Assembly (NCBI GenBank): GCA_038046625.1
Contig: JBBSVV010000013.1
Span: 1 to 14,585, forward strand
DNA length: 14,585 nt
Source: an archaeon
GTDB lineage: Archaea; Iainarchaeota; Iainarchaeia; Iainarchaeales; Iainarchaeaceae
Reading direction: 5' to 3'
Made by a program: the position numbers and the translations under genes. Shown piece by piece: positions 7,496-14,585 of this stretch. Position 1 is the first letter of the stretch. Each line of letters opens with the position of its first letter. The notes below the pieces were generated by a model that ran no database searches, was not told where the DNA came from, and saw only the letters and a program-made list of their open reading frames with translations.

Positions 7496-9979
7496 TCACA
7501 CGTCCTCTATTCCTGTTTCCGTTACCCTGTAAATGGCTTCTCCGTCGGGCAATGATGGAGAGTCAACGAGCTTTGCAACGCGCTTGTCTTCCTTGCTTTT
7601 CCTCAAATAAAGGCGTGTTTTTGACGCGTGCCCCACGATGTTCCCTCCAACCGGCGTGGTCGGGTCGCCGAATAGTATGTCCGGCCTCTCCATTACCTGG
7701 TTTGTGACCAAAACAGCCACGTTCTGCATTTCGGCTATTTTCTGGAGAACCCTCATGTGCTTGTTGAGTTTCTGCTGCCTTTCCGCGAGCGTGCCCCTTC
7801 CCACGAATTCCGCCCTGAATTGCGCCATGAGCGAGTCAACGATTAGGAGTTTCACGTTTTTTTCCTTGATCATATCCCCCGCCTTTTCCGCGAGAAGCAT
7901 CTGGTGGTCCGAGTTGTATGCCCTTGCCACAAAAATGTTTTTGAGAACCTCTTCCGGATTCAGTCCCTGCGCTTCCGCGATTTTCCATACCCTTTCCGGC
8001 CTGAAGCTGTTTTCAGAATCAATGTAGAGGCAGTTTCCCCCCAGCCCGCCTTTTTCCTTTGGCAATTGCACGGTTACTGCCGTCTGGAAGCACCACTGGG
8101 TGTTGTGTAAAAACACTGGTTTGTTGCCTCCGATGAAGCTGTGCACTCCGGGAACGACAAGGTCATATACCCAGTCGTTGTATTCCTTTTCCTTAATCAA
8201 AGTGATTTTTTCCCATTTTACCTGTGATTCAAGGACGAGCGAGAGGTGCCCCAAATCCTTCTTGAGTTCGTCTTCCTGCAAAAGCCTTGTTGCCATTGCA
8301 TCGATTGCGTCGGCAACTTCGCGTGCCTTTTGCTCGTTCATTTTTCTTGTGATGTAGTTCTGGAAAGTGCTTTTTTTGAGCCTCATTTCATGGCTTATTT
8401 GCGCTGTTTCAAAAGGCATTATTGAAAGCGCTTTCATGACGTTTTTAGGAGTGGGCTCTGAGAGCAATATTTTTGCTTCGCCAATTTCCCTTATCCTTTT
8501 TTGGAAAAACTCCAACATATCTCCGAGAGTTTTTTTGGTTATTCTTTCCATGATTGGGTTTTTGCCAAAGAAACTCTTGAAAAGCGTCTGGTGGTTTTCA
8601 ACCATTGCTTTTTTTCCCCATTTGTTGAACCTTCTGTGCGAGCCGCTAAGCTTTGAGTAAATTCTTTTGTATGCCGGAGTTATTGCCTTGAGCGGAATGC
8701 CGTATTTTGTTGAAATGTTTTTTTTGCTCGTTATTGTGCTGTTTTTTTTGAGCAGGCTATATTCCTTCATCATGCTTTCCATTGCAAGTTTTGCCCTTGG
8801 TTCTGTAACATAGTTCTTGTAGAATTCTTTTCCCTTCTTCATCGAAGTTCTTGATGTTGCGTTAACCCCGATTCTTAAAAGCAGATATGCAAGGCTTTCG
8901 CTAAGGCTTTTTGACCTCGTGCCGGTCGCGATTATGTTGTTCACTTCGCCGTCCCCGTCAAGGTATCCTGCAAGGAATGCTTTTACCGTTTCCTCTTTGG
9001 AAGTCAGCACTTCTTCCGGCACAAATTTGGTGTATGCATTTGTTTTTCCGAGTTTGCCGAGGAATTCTTTTGTCGGTTTTTGGAAAATAATCAGGTTCTC
9101 TTTTGAATTAAAGCTTGGCTTGTATCCAAAGCGCTTTTCAATATAGGAAACAATCCATTCCTGCGCTTTTTTGTCGAATATTGTTATGCTGCACGGGTTT
9201 GCGCACCCTTCAGCCACGTATAAGCCAAGGAAATATGCGTCATCTGTTTCCATGGTTGATTTGCCTTCAAAACCTATTTTTTCCGGAACTCCTATGAAAT
9301 CCCCTTCCTCGAGAAGGCCGGTCGATTTCCACTGCACCCCGTCTTTATTGAGCGTAAGCAACGGGTGATTCTGCGTCAGTTCCAATGAGGCTCCGCGTTC
9401 CGTTTCTATTTGCACAAGTGCTTTACAGTGTTCCCTGAATAGATTGGAGGCAAAGGCTTTTTTGGGATTGCCTCTTGCATCTACGCCTATTACCTCTATA
9501 GGGTTTTTTAGCTTCGCCAAAAATCCTCCGTCAAACTGTTTCTCGTTCACTGCATAATTGTTGTAAATTTCTTCTATGCTGCGCAGGTGTGCTTCGTCGG
9601 GATTGAAGTAGAATAATTTAGTGTCTTTTGAAACGCACTTTCCGCTTGCAAACTTGCCGTAGATTTCGGTTATGCTCTGGGTTTCAATGCCGCCTCCGAT
9701 GAGCTTGTCCACTTCCTTGCTTCCCATGGTGAGTTTTCCGACGAGCTTCCTTTTTTCCGCGAGAATGTCCGCGGATTCAAAGCCCATTTCGAGCGCGTCG
9801 CGTGCAGCCTTGATTGCTTTGGCGGCTGTCCCTTCCCCCAATCCTGCTATTTCAATTAGTTCCGATGGGGAGGCAACTGCAATATTTTCAATTGTCCTGT
9901 ATCCCGCGGCGCGCAGTTTTTCGGCCGCCGCCTCGCCGACTCCCGGCAAATCCTCCACTTCCCTGATTTCTTTCGCCAT
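7496..9979 (-). CDS. radA: DNA repair/recombination protein RadA precursor containing an intein (spliced product 315 aa)
   Basis: N-terminal HhH ([12 protein letters not shown]), [14 protein letters not shown], split P-loop [39 protein letters not shown] and TNQV. SD AGGAGG upstream. Confidence 0.97.
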   Translation of the reverse strand: MAKEIREVEDLPGVGEAAAEKLRAAGYRTIENIAVASPSELIEIAGLGEGTAAKAIKAARDALEMGFESADILAEKRKLVGKLTMGSKEVDKLIGGGIETQSITEIYGKFASGKCVSKDTKLFYFNPDEAHLRSIEEIYNNYAVNEKQFDGGFLAKLKNPIEVIGVDARGNPKKAFASNLFREHCKALVQIETERGASLELTQNHPLLTLNKDGVQWKSTGLLEEGDFIGVPEKIGFEGKSTMETDDAYFLGLYVAEGCANPCSITIFDKKAQEWIVSYIEKRFGYKPSFNSKENLIIFQKPTKEFLGKLGKTNAYTKFVPEEVLTSKEETVKAFLAGYLDGDGEVNNIIATGTRSKSLSESLAYLLLRIGVNATSRTSMKKGKEFYKNYVTEPRAKLAMESMMKEYSLLKKNSTITSKKNISTKYGIPLKAITPAYKRIYSKLSGSHRRFNKWGKKAMVENHQTLFKSFFGKNPIMERITKKTLGDMLEFFQKRIREIGEAKILLSEPTPKNVMKALSIMPFETAQISHEMRLKKSTFQNYITRKMNEQKAREVADAIDAMATRLLQEDELKKDLGHLSLVLESQVKWEKITLIKEKEYNDWVYDLVVPGVHSFIGGNKPVFLHNTQWCFQTAVTVQLPKEKGGLGGNCLYIDSENSFRPERVWKIAEAQGLNPEEVLKNIFVARAYNSDHQMLLAEKAGDMIKEKNVKLLIVDSLMAQFRAEFVGRGTLAERQQKLNKHMRVLQKIAEMQNVAVLVTNQVMERPDILFGDPTTPVGGNIVGHASKTRLYLRKSKEDKRVAKLVDSPSLPDGEAIYRVTETGIEDV
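8102..9637 (-). mobile_element. 512-aa intein with LAGLIDADG homing endonuclease in the RadA Walker A motif
   Basis: Begins at Cys115 (CVSKDT). Block B LTQNHP, endonuclease blocks FLGLYVAEG and [10 protein letters not shown], block [13 protein letters not shown]; ends with HN followed by Thr+1. Lengths sum correctly: 114+512+201=827 aa. Confidence 0.96.
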
Positions 9980-10079
9980 AATGGTTCCTCCTGCATTTCC
10001 AATGCCTTTTCAGGTCTTTTTCCCCATGGCTTGGGAATTGCCCATTGGCACGAATGCTTAGTATAGAATATTCCGCTTC

Positions 10080-10087
10080 TTTATAAA
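10080..10087 (-). promoter_or_regulatory. TATA box of radA
   Basis: TTTATAAA in the rpa-radA intergenic region, implying a 5' leader of about 75 nt. Confidence 0.6.
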
Positions 10088-10116
10088 TAATTAGCGGGGT
10101 TGGTTGCCGGTGCGGA

Positions 10117-10956
10117 TTAATTATTCTCTGCCTTGGAATCCTTCAAAATTCGCGCCATCCAGCCCAGATGAAGCTCTATTCCGTTCATTCCTTCTTTTGT
10201 GTAGGCTCCCTCGATTTTCACATTGTCCCCTTCGCCGAATTTCTCAACCTCATCAACCATTTCGTTCCACGCGGTTGCCCTTATTTCGTTCACGCCTTCC
10301 GCAATGATGAAGTTCATTACTTTTCCCTTTCCTTTCGCGCTTTCGAATTCCTTTGCGGGGAACATTTTCCTGATTTTCACGCGCACATCCACATTGTCCA
10401 TGCCAATGTCAAGGTCGGTTATGCCGGTTGTTTTCGGCTTTGCTTCTTCCGCGCCGTTTTCCATATGCTTTTCGATTGAGCTGTTGTAGTTCATGTTCAA
10501 TTGAAGCGTTCCCTTGTAGCTTGTGACGGAGCAGTTGCCGAGCTTCAGGCCTTCGCCTTTTTCTATTCCGAGTTCGAGGAATTTTTCGATGTCGTTGTTC
10601 CAGAGCGTTGCGCCTATTTCTCCCGAGCTGTCGCTTATGATTATGTTCTGCCTTTTTCCCTTTCTTCCGTTCTTTTCGAATTCCTTGGGCGCGAACCCCT
10701 GCTTTAGGCGGCAAACAATGTCAATGTTCGCCATTCCTTCCTTGAGCGCACCGATTTTTGTGTGCTCTGCCGGCGCATTTTTTCCCAGTTCAACTCCGAG
10801 CTCCTTCGCTATCATGAATGCGGCGCCGGAATCGGTCAAAAGCCCCGAGAACTTTTGCTTCTTTGCCTCAATCATTTCCGCTACCTCGGAAACGCTCCTG
10901 CCGCTCGTTGCGGCAATCAGTTCCTTTACTTTTTCCGGCTCGCTTATAAGATTCAT
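10117..10956 (-). CDS. rpa: Replication protein A / ssDNA-binding protein (DUF2240-like N-terminus plus two OB folds)
   Basis: GLLTDSGAAFMIAKELGV N-domain and two OB repeats (FAPKEFEKNGRKGK..IIISDSSGEI..TLWN; FPAKEFESAKGKGKV.NFII......IRATAWN). ATG 10956 lies about 31 nt from TATTTATT (10987-10994) and is preferred over TTG 11010. Confidence 0.88.
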   Translation of the reverse strand: MNLISEPEKVKELIAATSGRSVSEVAEMIEAKKQKFSGLLTDSGAAFMIAKELGVELGKNAPAEHTKIGALKEGMANIDIVCRLKQGFAPKEFEKNGRKGKRQNIIISDSSGEIGATLWNNDIEKFLELGIEKGEGLKLGNCSVTSYKGTLQLNMNYNSSIEKHMENGAEEAKPKTTGITDLDIGMDNVDVRVKIRKMFPAKEFESAKGKGKVMNFIIAEGVNEIRATAWNEMVDEVEKFGEGDNVKIEGAYTKEGMNGIELHLGWMARILKDSKAENN

Positions 10957-11065
10957 TTTTTGCCCCAAAAAACTAATGCGTTTGGGAATAAATACCTTTA
11001 CATTTTCCAAGAATTTTCAACTTTTTTGCGTGTGTTTTTGCGCTCTCGAAGGCAGCTTCACAACC

Positions 11066-11073
11066 TTTTTATA
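11066..11073 (+). promoter_or_regulatory. TATA box of the GGGP synthase gene (divergent from rpa)
   Basis: TTTTTATA about 32 nt upstream of ATG 11105. Confidence 0.55.
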
Positions 11074-11104
11074 TGGTTCTTGGGTTAGTTTATTAGTAAT
11101 TTTC

Positions 11105-11887
11105 ATGAACCACTTCGGCAAGGTTTACAAGGAAATTCTGAAATCCATTGAGGAAAAGGGCGGCATGGCTTTTACGGTTATAGATCCTCCCAATCAGGAT
11201 CCTGTTGTTGCGGGAAAGATTGCGAAAATCGCGCAGGAGTGCGGGGTCTCGGCTATTGCCGTTGGCGGCTCTGTCGGTGCGCAGGGAGAATTGCTTGACA
11301 GCACGATTCTCCAGATTAAGGATAATTCCTCGCTGCCCGTGATTCTTTTTCCGGGAAACATTGCTTCTGTTTCGAAGCATGCCGATGCGATTTATTTCAT
11401 GTCCATGCTGAACAGCACCGACCCTTATTACATCACGGGCGCCCAGATTGCGTCTGCAGCGCCGATAAAGAGAACAGGCCTGGAAATAATTCCCACATCA
11501 TACATTATTGTAGAGCCCGGAAGGGCTGTTGGCTGGGTTGGTCGTGCGCATTTAATTCCGCGCGGGCTTCCATACTTGGCAGGAATAACTGCTTTGGCGG
11601 GCCAGTACCTGGGTTCCCACATGGCTATTCTTGAGTCGGGTGGAGGCGCCCCTGAACCCGCCCCCGTTGAAATGATTGCTTATACAAAGAAGATGATTGA
11701 CATCCCCTTGGTTGTCGCTGGCGGAGTGAGGAATGAGAAGTATGCTTATGAGTCCATTAAAGCTGGTGCCGACATTGTTCATGTGGGGACCGCGGTTGAG
11801 GAGCAGTCGAATGATTTGTCGAAAGTGAAATTTACTTTGAAGAGGATTGTCGATTCCGTTTCCAAGGCGGGAAAGGAAAAGTTATGA
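11105..11887 (+). CDS. Geranylgeranylglyceryl phosphate (GGGP) synthase family protein, group II-like
   Basis: TVIDP, VGGS, PVILFPG, ADAIYFMSMLNS.DPYYI.GAQ, YIIVEPG.AVGWVG, AGQYLG, GGVR and AGAD. The true start is ATG 11105; the longer ORF-track extension overlaps rpa antisense. Confidence 0.92.
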   Translation: MNHFGKVYKEILKSIEEKGGMAFTVIDPPNQDPVVAGKIAKIAQECGVSAIAVGGSVGAQGELLDSTILQIKDNSSLPVILFPGNIASVSKHADAIYFMSMLNSTDPYYITGAQIASAAPIKRTGLEIIPTSYIIVEPGRAVGWVGRAHLIPRGLPYLAGITALAGQYLGSHMAILESGGGAPEPAPVEMIAYTKKMIDIPLVVAGGVRNEKYAYESIKAGADIVHVGTAVEEQSNDLSKVKFTLKRIVDSVSKAGKEKL

Positions 11888-12093
11888 GCTGCCTTGAGTT
11901 CAGGCTTACTGATAATGGAAGAATTGACGAAAGCACTATTGTGGATTATGGCTCTGATTATGGCACTATGAGAAAAGGCAAAAGGGCAGAAAATTTCTTT
12001 TCAGGAAAGGAAAATGAAGCAGTGCAGGAAATGATTAAAGAGTTGGAAACCCAAATTGCTTTTGAGGAAAGAAACAAGGAAAGAGAAGCCTAG
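11884..12093 (+). CDS. Small charged hypothetical protein (69 aa)
   Basis: ATGA overlap with the GGGPS stop; fills the gap before the next gene; C-terminus looks helical or coiled-coil. No family recognised. Confidence 0.6.
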   Translation: MSCLEFRLTDNGRIDESTIVDYGSDYGTMRKGKRAENFFSGKENEAVQEMIKELETQIAFEERNKEREA

Positions 12094-12124
12094 CTTTAAA
12101 TCTTTCAATTTGCATTAGTTAATT

Positions 12125-13381
12125 ATGGGATTTTTCAAAAAGCCAAAAGCAATGATGCCCAAGCAGCTTGCATTAAGGCCTAAAAGAATGCAGGGCTTGA
12201 AAAGACTCGGGGTTGCTGCAGGGATTGCGGCTTCAGTCGCAGTTGGAGGGCATTTTGCTGCAGGGCATTATTTTGGAAAAGGATACGCCAAAAGAATTCC
12301 AATAGCCGGAAGAATTATTGCGGCAAGGCAACCTAAAGCTAATGTCTTCTTATCGACTCATGAATTTAGCACTAATCTTGAAGCTGTTGAGAAGACTTTG
12401 CAGAATGCAGAAAGACAAGGCAAGCCTTACAATGTGGTTTTTTTCGAAGACGGTGGAATAAGAATTGGTGAAAAAAAAGCTATTGAAAAATACTTTAACG
12501 AGCGTGCGGCAAGGGCCAAAGAGTTTTTCAAAAACAAGGCGCTTGCAAAAATGCAGGCTGGGTTTGATGCTAGAAAGAAAGAAATTGCAGAAATTGTTAA
12601 AAAAATCAGACAACGTGGAGAAAAAGGCGGTCCCGGAAATTTCTTGAATGTTGATTCATTGTTTGAAGAATTAAATTCCGACTGGAAAAAAGAACACAAT
12701 TTTGAGCTTATTGCCAATGGTGACTCAGGGTACAAAGAATTCTTACGGGCAATGATTGGAAGAAACTTTAATGCATGGATGTCAAAAGACAGCAAGGCAG
12801 ATTTTGAACTGTTGAAGAAAAAAATTGACTCTTCTTACGGCTTGTTTTCAGACTTGAGCTTTTACCGTGGAATTCGTTACAATTTGAGAAATCCGGCAGC
12901 ATTAGATTCAGAATACTTGCGCAACAAGACCACTGCTTTTGAAGGCTTTGTTGAAGAAAGAACACAACTGGCTGGAAGGCATGGCTTGACTGTAAGAATG
13001 GCTGAAAGCTATTCTGAAAAAGAAATTGAAAGAATGAATTTTTTGCGGGCTGAAATGCAAAGATTTTCAAGGCCAGCAACTCCAGAAGAGGAAAGAACTG
13101 CAGTAAAAGCAGAAGCTGAATGGTTTTGGATTCGGGATTCAAGAATTGGGCAGACAATTGCCCAAGAACTGAATGCTTTGCGAAGAAGCCCAGAGTTTAA
13201 AGGGAAAAAAGTGAATGCATTAGTCATTTTGGGAGCAAGCCATTACAGTGTTCAGGAACTGCTTGACAGGGAAACATTGTTTGGCAGTAAAATTCTTGGC
13301 AAGCCTTCAAGCGCTAATGAACTGACAAGGGAAGCAATCGCCCTTTCAAGAAAAGGGTTAAAAGCAATCAGGGATTACTAG
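12125..13381 (+). CDS. Hypothetical protein with basic N-terminus, hydrophobic anchor and EreA/ChaN/TIKI(TraB)-like motifs
   Basis: 418-aa ORF with TTTAAAT about 25-30 nt upstream. Motifs VFLSTH, VVFFE, RDSRIGQTI and ALVILGASH occur in the order typical of this superfamily. Confidence 0.7.
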   Translation: MGFFKKPKAMMPKQLALRPKRMQGLKRLGVAAGIAASVAVGGHFAAGHYFGKGYAKRIPIAGRIIAARQPKANVFLSTHEFSTNLEAVEKTLQNAERQGKPYNVVFFEDGGIRIGEKKAIEKYFNERAARAKEFFKNKALAKMQAGFDARKKEIAEIVKKIRQRGEKGGPGNFLNVDSLFEELNSDWKKEHNFELIANGDSGYKEFLRAMIGRNFNAWMSKDSKADFELLKKKIDSSYGLFSDLSFYRGIRYNLRNPAALDSEYLRNKTTAFEGFVEERTQLAGRHGLTVRMAESYSEKEIERMNFLRAEMQRFSRPATPEEERTAVKAEAEWFWIRDSRIGQTIAQELNALRRSPEFKGKKVNALVILGASHYSVQELLDRETLFGSKILGKPSSANELTREAIALSRKGLKAIRDY

Positions 13382-13566
13382 ATTTTTCTTATCCCATCGC
13401 ACATTGGGAATGCCTTGCAGCCCCAAAAGCTCCCGAACTTTCCCTTTCTAATTGCCATTTCAACTCCGCAGTTCGGGCATTCTGGAGCTTTTACGCTTGA
13501 GCGAGCGTGCGCTGAACAGACCGGAATTCCCGAAGAATGGCTTTGTAGATTAATTAAAAGTTCTGT
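13378..13566 (-). pseudogene. Start-less topoisomerase-type C4 zinc-ribbon reading frame (62 codons)
   Basis: Manual translation: TELLINLQSHSSGIPVCSAHARSSVKAPECPNCGVEMAIRKGKFGSFWGCKAFPMCDGIRKI*. It is preceded in frame by TGA TAA and has no ATG/GTG/TTG before the CPNC. Confidence 0.75.
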
Positions 13567-13569
13567 TTA

Positions 13570-14445
13570 TCAATTTTTGATCAGCTCGCCTAGTTTCTGT
13601 TTCAACGGGTATTTAGCTTTCCATCCTGCCTGCTCCAGTTTTTTTGTCGAGTAAATCCTTTCGCGCTGCATCCTCTTCACGTAATCCGGCTTGAGCATCG
13701 GGTTGAAGTTCAGGATTTTGTTCGCGTAAGCAATCAGCATCCCCAGCCATACGGGTATTTTTTTGAGCTGGCCTTTCATGCCCAGTTCGGCCCTGATTGT
13801 GTTTGCAATTTCTTCGAGTGTCATTGTTTCTTTTCCCGCAACGACAAATATTTCGCCGTAGCAGTTTTCGTTGTCAATGCATATAAGTATTGCTTCCGCG
13901 AGGTCTTCTGCACACACCATTTGCCACTTGTTTTTGCCTTCGCCTATCATCGGAAAGTTTTTTTTCACGGTTGCAATTATCTGCCGCCAGTACCTGTTGT
14001 TTCCGAGGACAAGCGCGGGCCTGAGTATTGTTACCGCCATTATTTCCTGGTACGCGAGCACTTTTTGTTCTGCCTCGGCCTTGCTTTTCTCGTATGGCGT
14101 TTGCGGCTTCAATGGCGAGTTCTCGTCCTTGAGCCCTTCATAATCCCCGTATGCGCCCACACTGCTGAGGAAAACGAATTGTTTCACGCCGTTTTTGGCG
14201 CTTGCCTCCAATGCATTCTCGGTTCCTTTCACGTTTATCCTATAAAGGTCCTTTGATTCCTCATCGAGCGTTGCGGCGCAGTGAATAACCACATCAATGT
14301 TCCTGAATGCCTGCCCGAGCTTTTCAGGCGAGAGCACATCCGCATTGTCTTTGGTGCATTGCCTGACAACGTACCCTTTCTGCGCGAGCTTTTTGCAGAG
14401 CTCCCTTCCCACCATTCCGTTGCTTCCCGTAACAGCCACGCGCAA
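13570..14445 (-). CDS. NAD-dependent epimerase/dehydratase (extended SDR)
   Basis: (M)RVAVTGSNGMVG Rossmann motif, DVVIHCAA, NVKGT, FVFLSS, YEKSK catalytic motif and ILRP. Start placed at TTG 14445; the 43-codon upstream extension is Pro-rich and coincides with a structured element. Confidence 0.9.
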   Translation of the reverse strand: MRVAVTGSNGMVGRELCKKLAQKGYVVRQCTKDNADVLSPEKLGQAFRNIDVVIHCAATLDEESKDLYRINVKGTENALEASAKNGVKQFVFLSSVGAYGDYEGLKDENSPLKPQTPYEKSKAEAEQKVLAYQEIMAVTILRPALVLGNNRYWRQIIATVKKNFPMIGEGKNKWQMVCAEDLAEAILICIDNENCYGEIFVVAGKETMTLEEIANTIRAELGMKGQLKKIPVWLGMLIAYANKILNFNPMLKPDYVKRMQRERIYSTKKLEQAGWKAKYPLKQKLGELIKN

Positions 14446-14452
14446 CCCTTTC

Positions 14453-14581
14453 GCCGGTTGGGAGCGAGTACTATCTCCTTGTACCAGTATGGTACGAGGC
14501 CTCGTGCCCATGGGTACAAGGTCGCTTGGGCTCGATAGTAATGGCGGCACTGCCGGAGGCGTGTGCCCCCCCAACGCGGGC
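14453..14581. ncRNA. Candidate structured non-coding RNA/DNA element of unknown class
   Basis: GC-rich, with nested helices CCGGTTGGG/CCCAAC(G)CGG, TACTATC/GATAGTA and CCTTGTACC/GGTACAAGG, a central palindrome ACGAGGCCTCGT and a side hairpin GGCAC...GTGCC. Confidence 0.5.
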
Positions 14582-14585
14582 AGGC

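Noticed and set aside
7491..7498. TGAATTCA palindrome at the pus10/radA junction
   Set aside because: Simply two convergent TGA stop codons 2 nt apart.
10523..11104. 194-aa N-terminal extension of the GGGPS ORF in the ORF track
   Set aside because: It is antisense to rpa and crosses two promoters. Family similarity starts at ATG 11105, which has its own TATA box.
14398..14430. SRP helix-8-like words (GGAAGCAACGG, GGAAGGGAGC) on the - strand
   Set aside because: They encode the conserved TGSNGMVGRE Rossmann motif, so the resemblance is coincidental.
14443..14545. Group I intron 3' core, 5S rRNA, RNase P RNA or tRNA
   Set aside because: The P7-like pairing lacks the G-C guanosine-binding pair (UACUA/UAGUA instead of GACUA/UAGUC). 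There is no CCGAAC, GAGGAAAGUCC or T-loop GTTCRA motif.
14446..14574. 43-aa N-terminal extension of the epimerase
   Set aside because: Pro-rich and not SDR-like; the Rossmann motif begins right at TTG 14445 and the region is better explained as a structured element.
14457..14575. Integron attC site
   Set aside because: The GTTRRR and YYYAAC boxes are in the reverse order to attC (RYYYAAC...GTTRRRY), and no integrase is present in the window.
1..14585. CRISPR array, transposase or rRNA/tRNA genes
   Set aside because: No regularly spaced repeats, transposase motifs or recognisable rRNA/tRNA signatures were seen.

Overview
Archaeal chromosomal segment, most likely from a DPANN-type lineage such as Iainarchaeota/Diapherotrites or Micrarchaeota. 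The taxon is an inference from RadA, Pus10, DUF2240-type RPA, a group II GGGP synthase, TATA-type promoters and compact gene spacing. From left to right: (i) a minus-strand operon of a Cys-containing HTH regulator, sufC and sufB (truncated by the window edge); (ii) a divergent plus-strand thiol-redox cluster of two membrane-anchored DsbA-family proteins, a glutaredoxin/NrdH-like protein, thioredoxin reductase, malic enzyme and a CoA-binding protein, then pus10; (iii) minus-strand rpa and radA, with a 512-aa LAGLIDADG intein in the RadA P-loop; (iv) GGGP synthase, then an AT-richer pair of ORFans, the larger carrying EreA/ChaN/TIKI-like motifs; (v) a start-less topoisomerase-type C4 zinc-ribbon reading frame missed by the ORF track, an extended-SDR epimerase, and a GC-rich, highly self-complementary ~130-nt non-coding element abutting the epimerase start codon at the right edge. 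The most promising leads are this structured element, the headless zinc-ribbon gene, the TIKI-like ORFan, the candidate Fe-S-sensing suf regulator with its operator, and a DtxR/IdeR-like box in the redox cluster.
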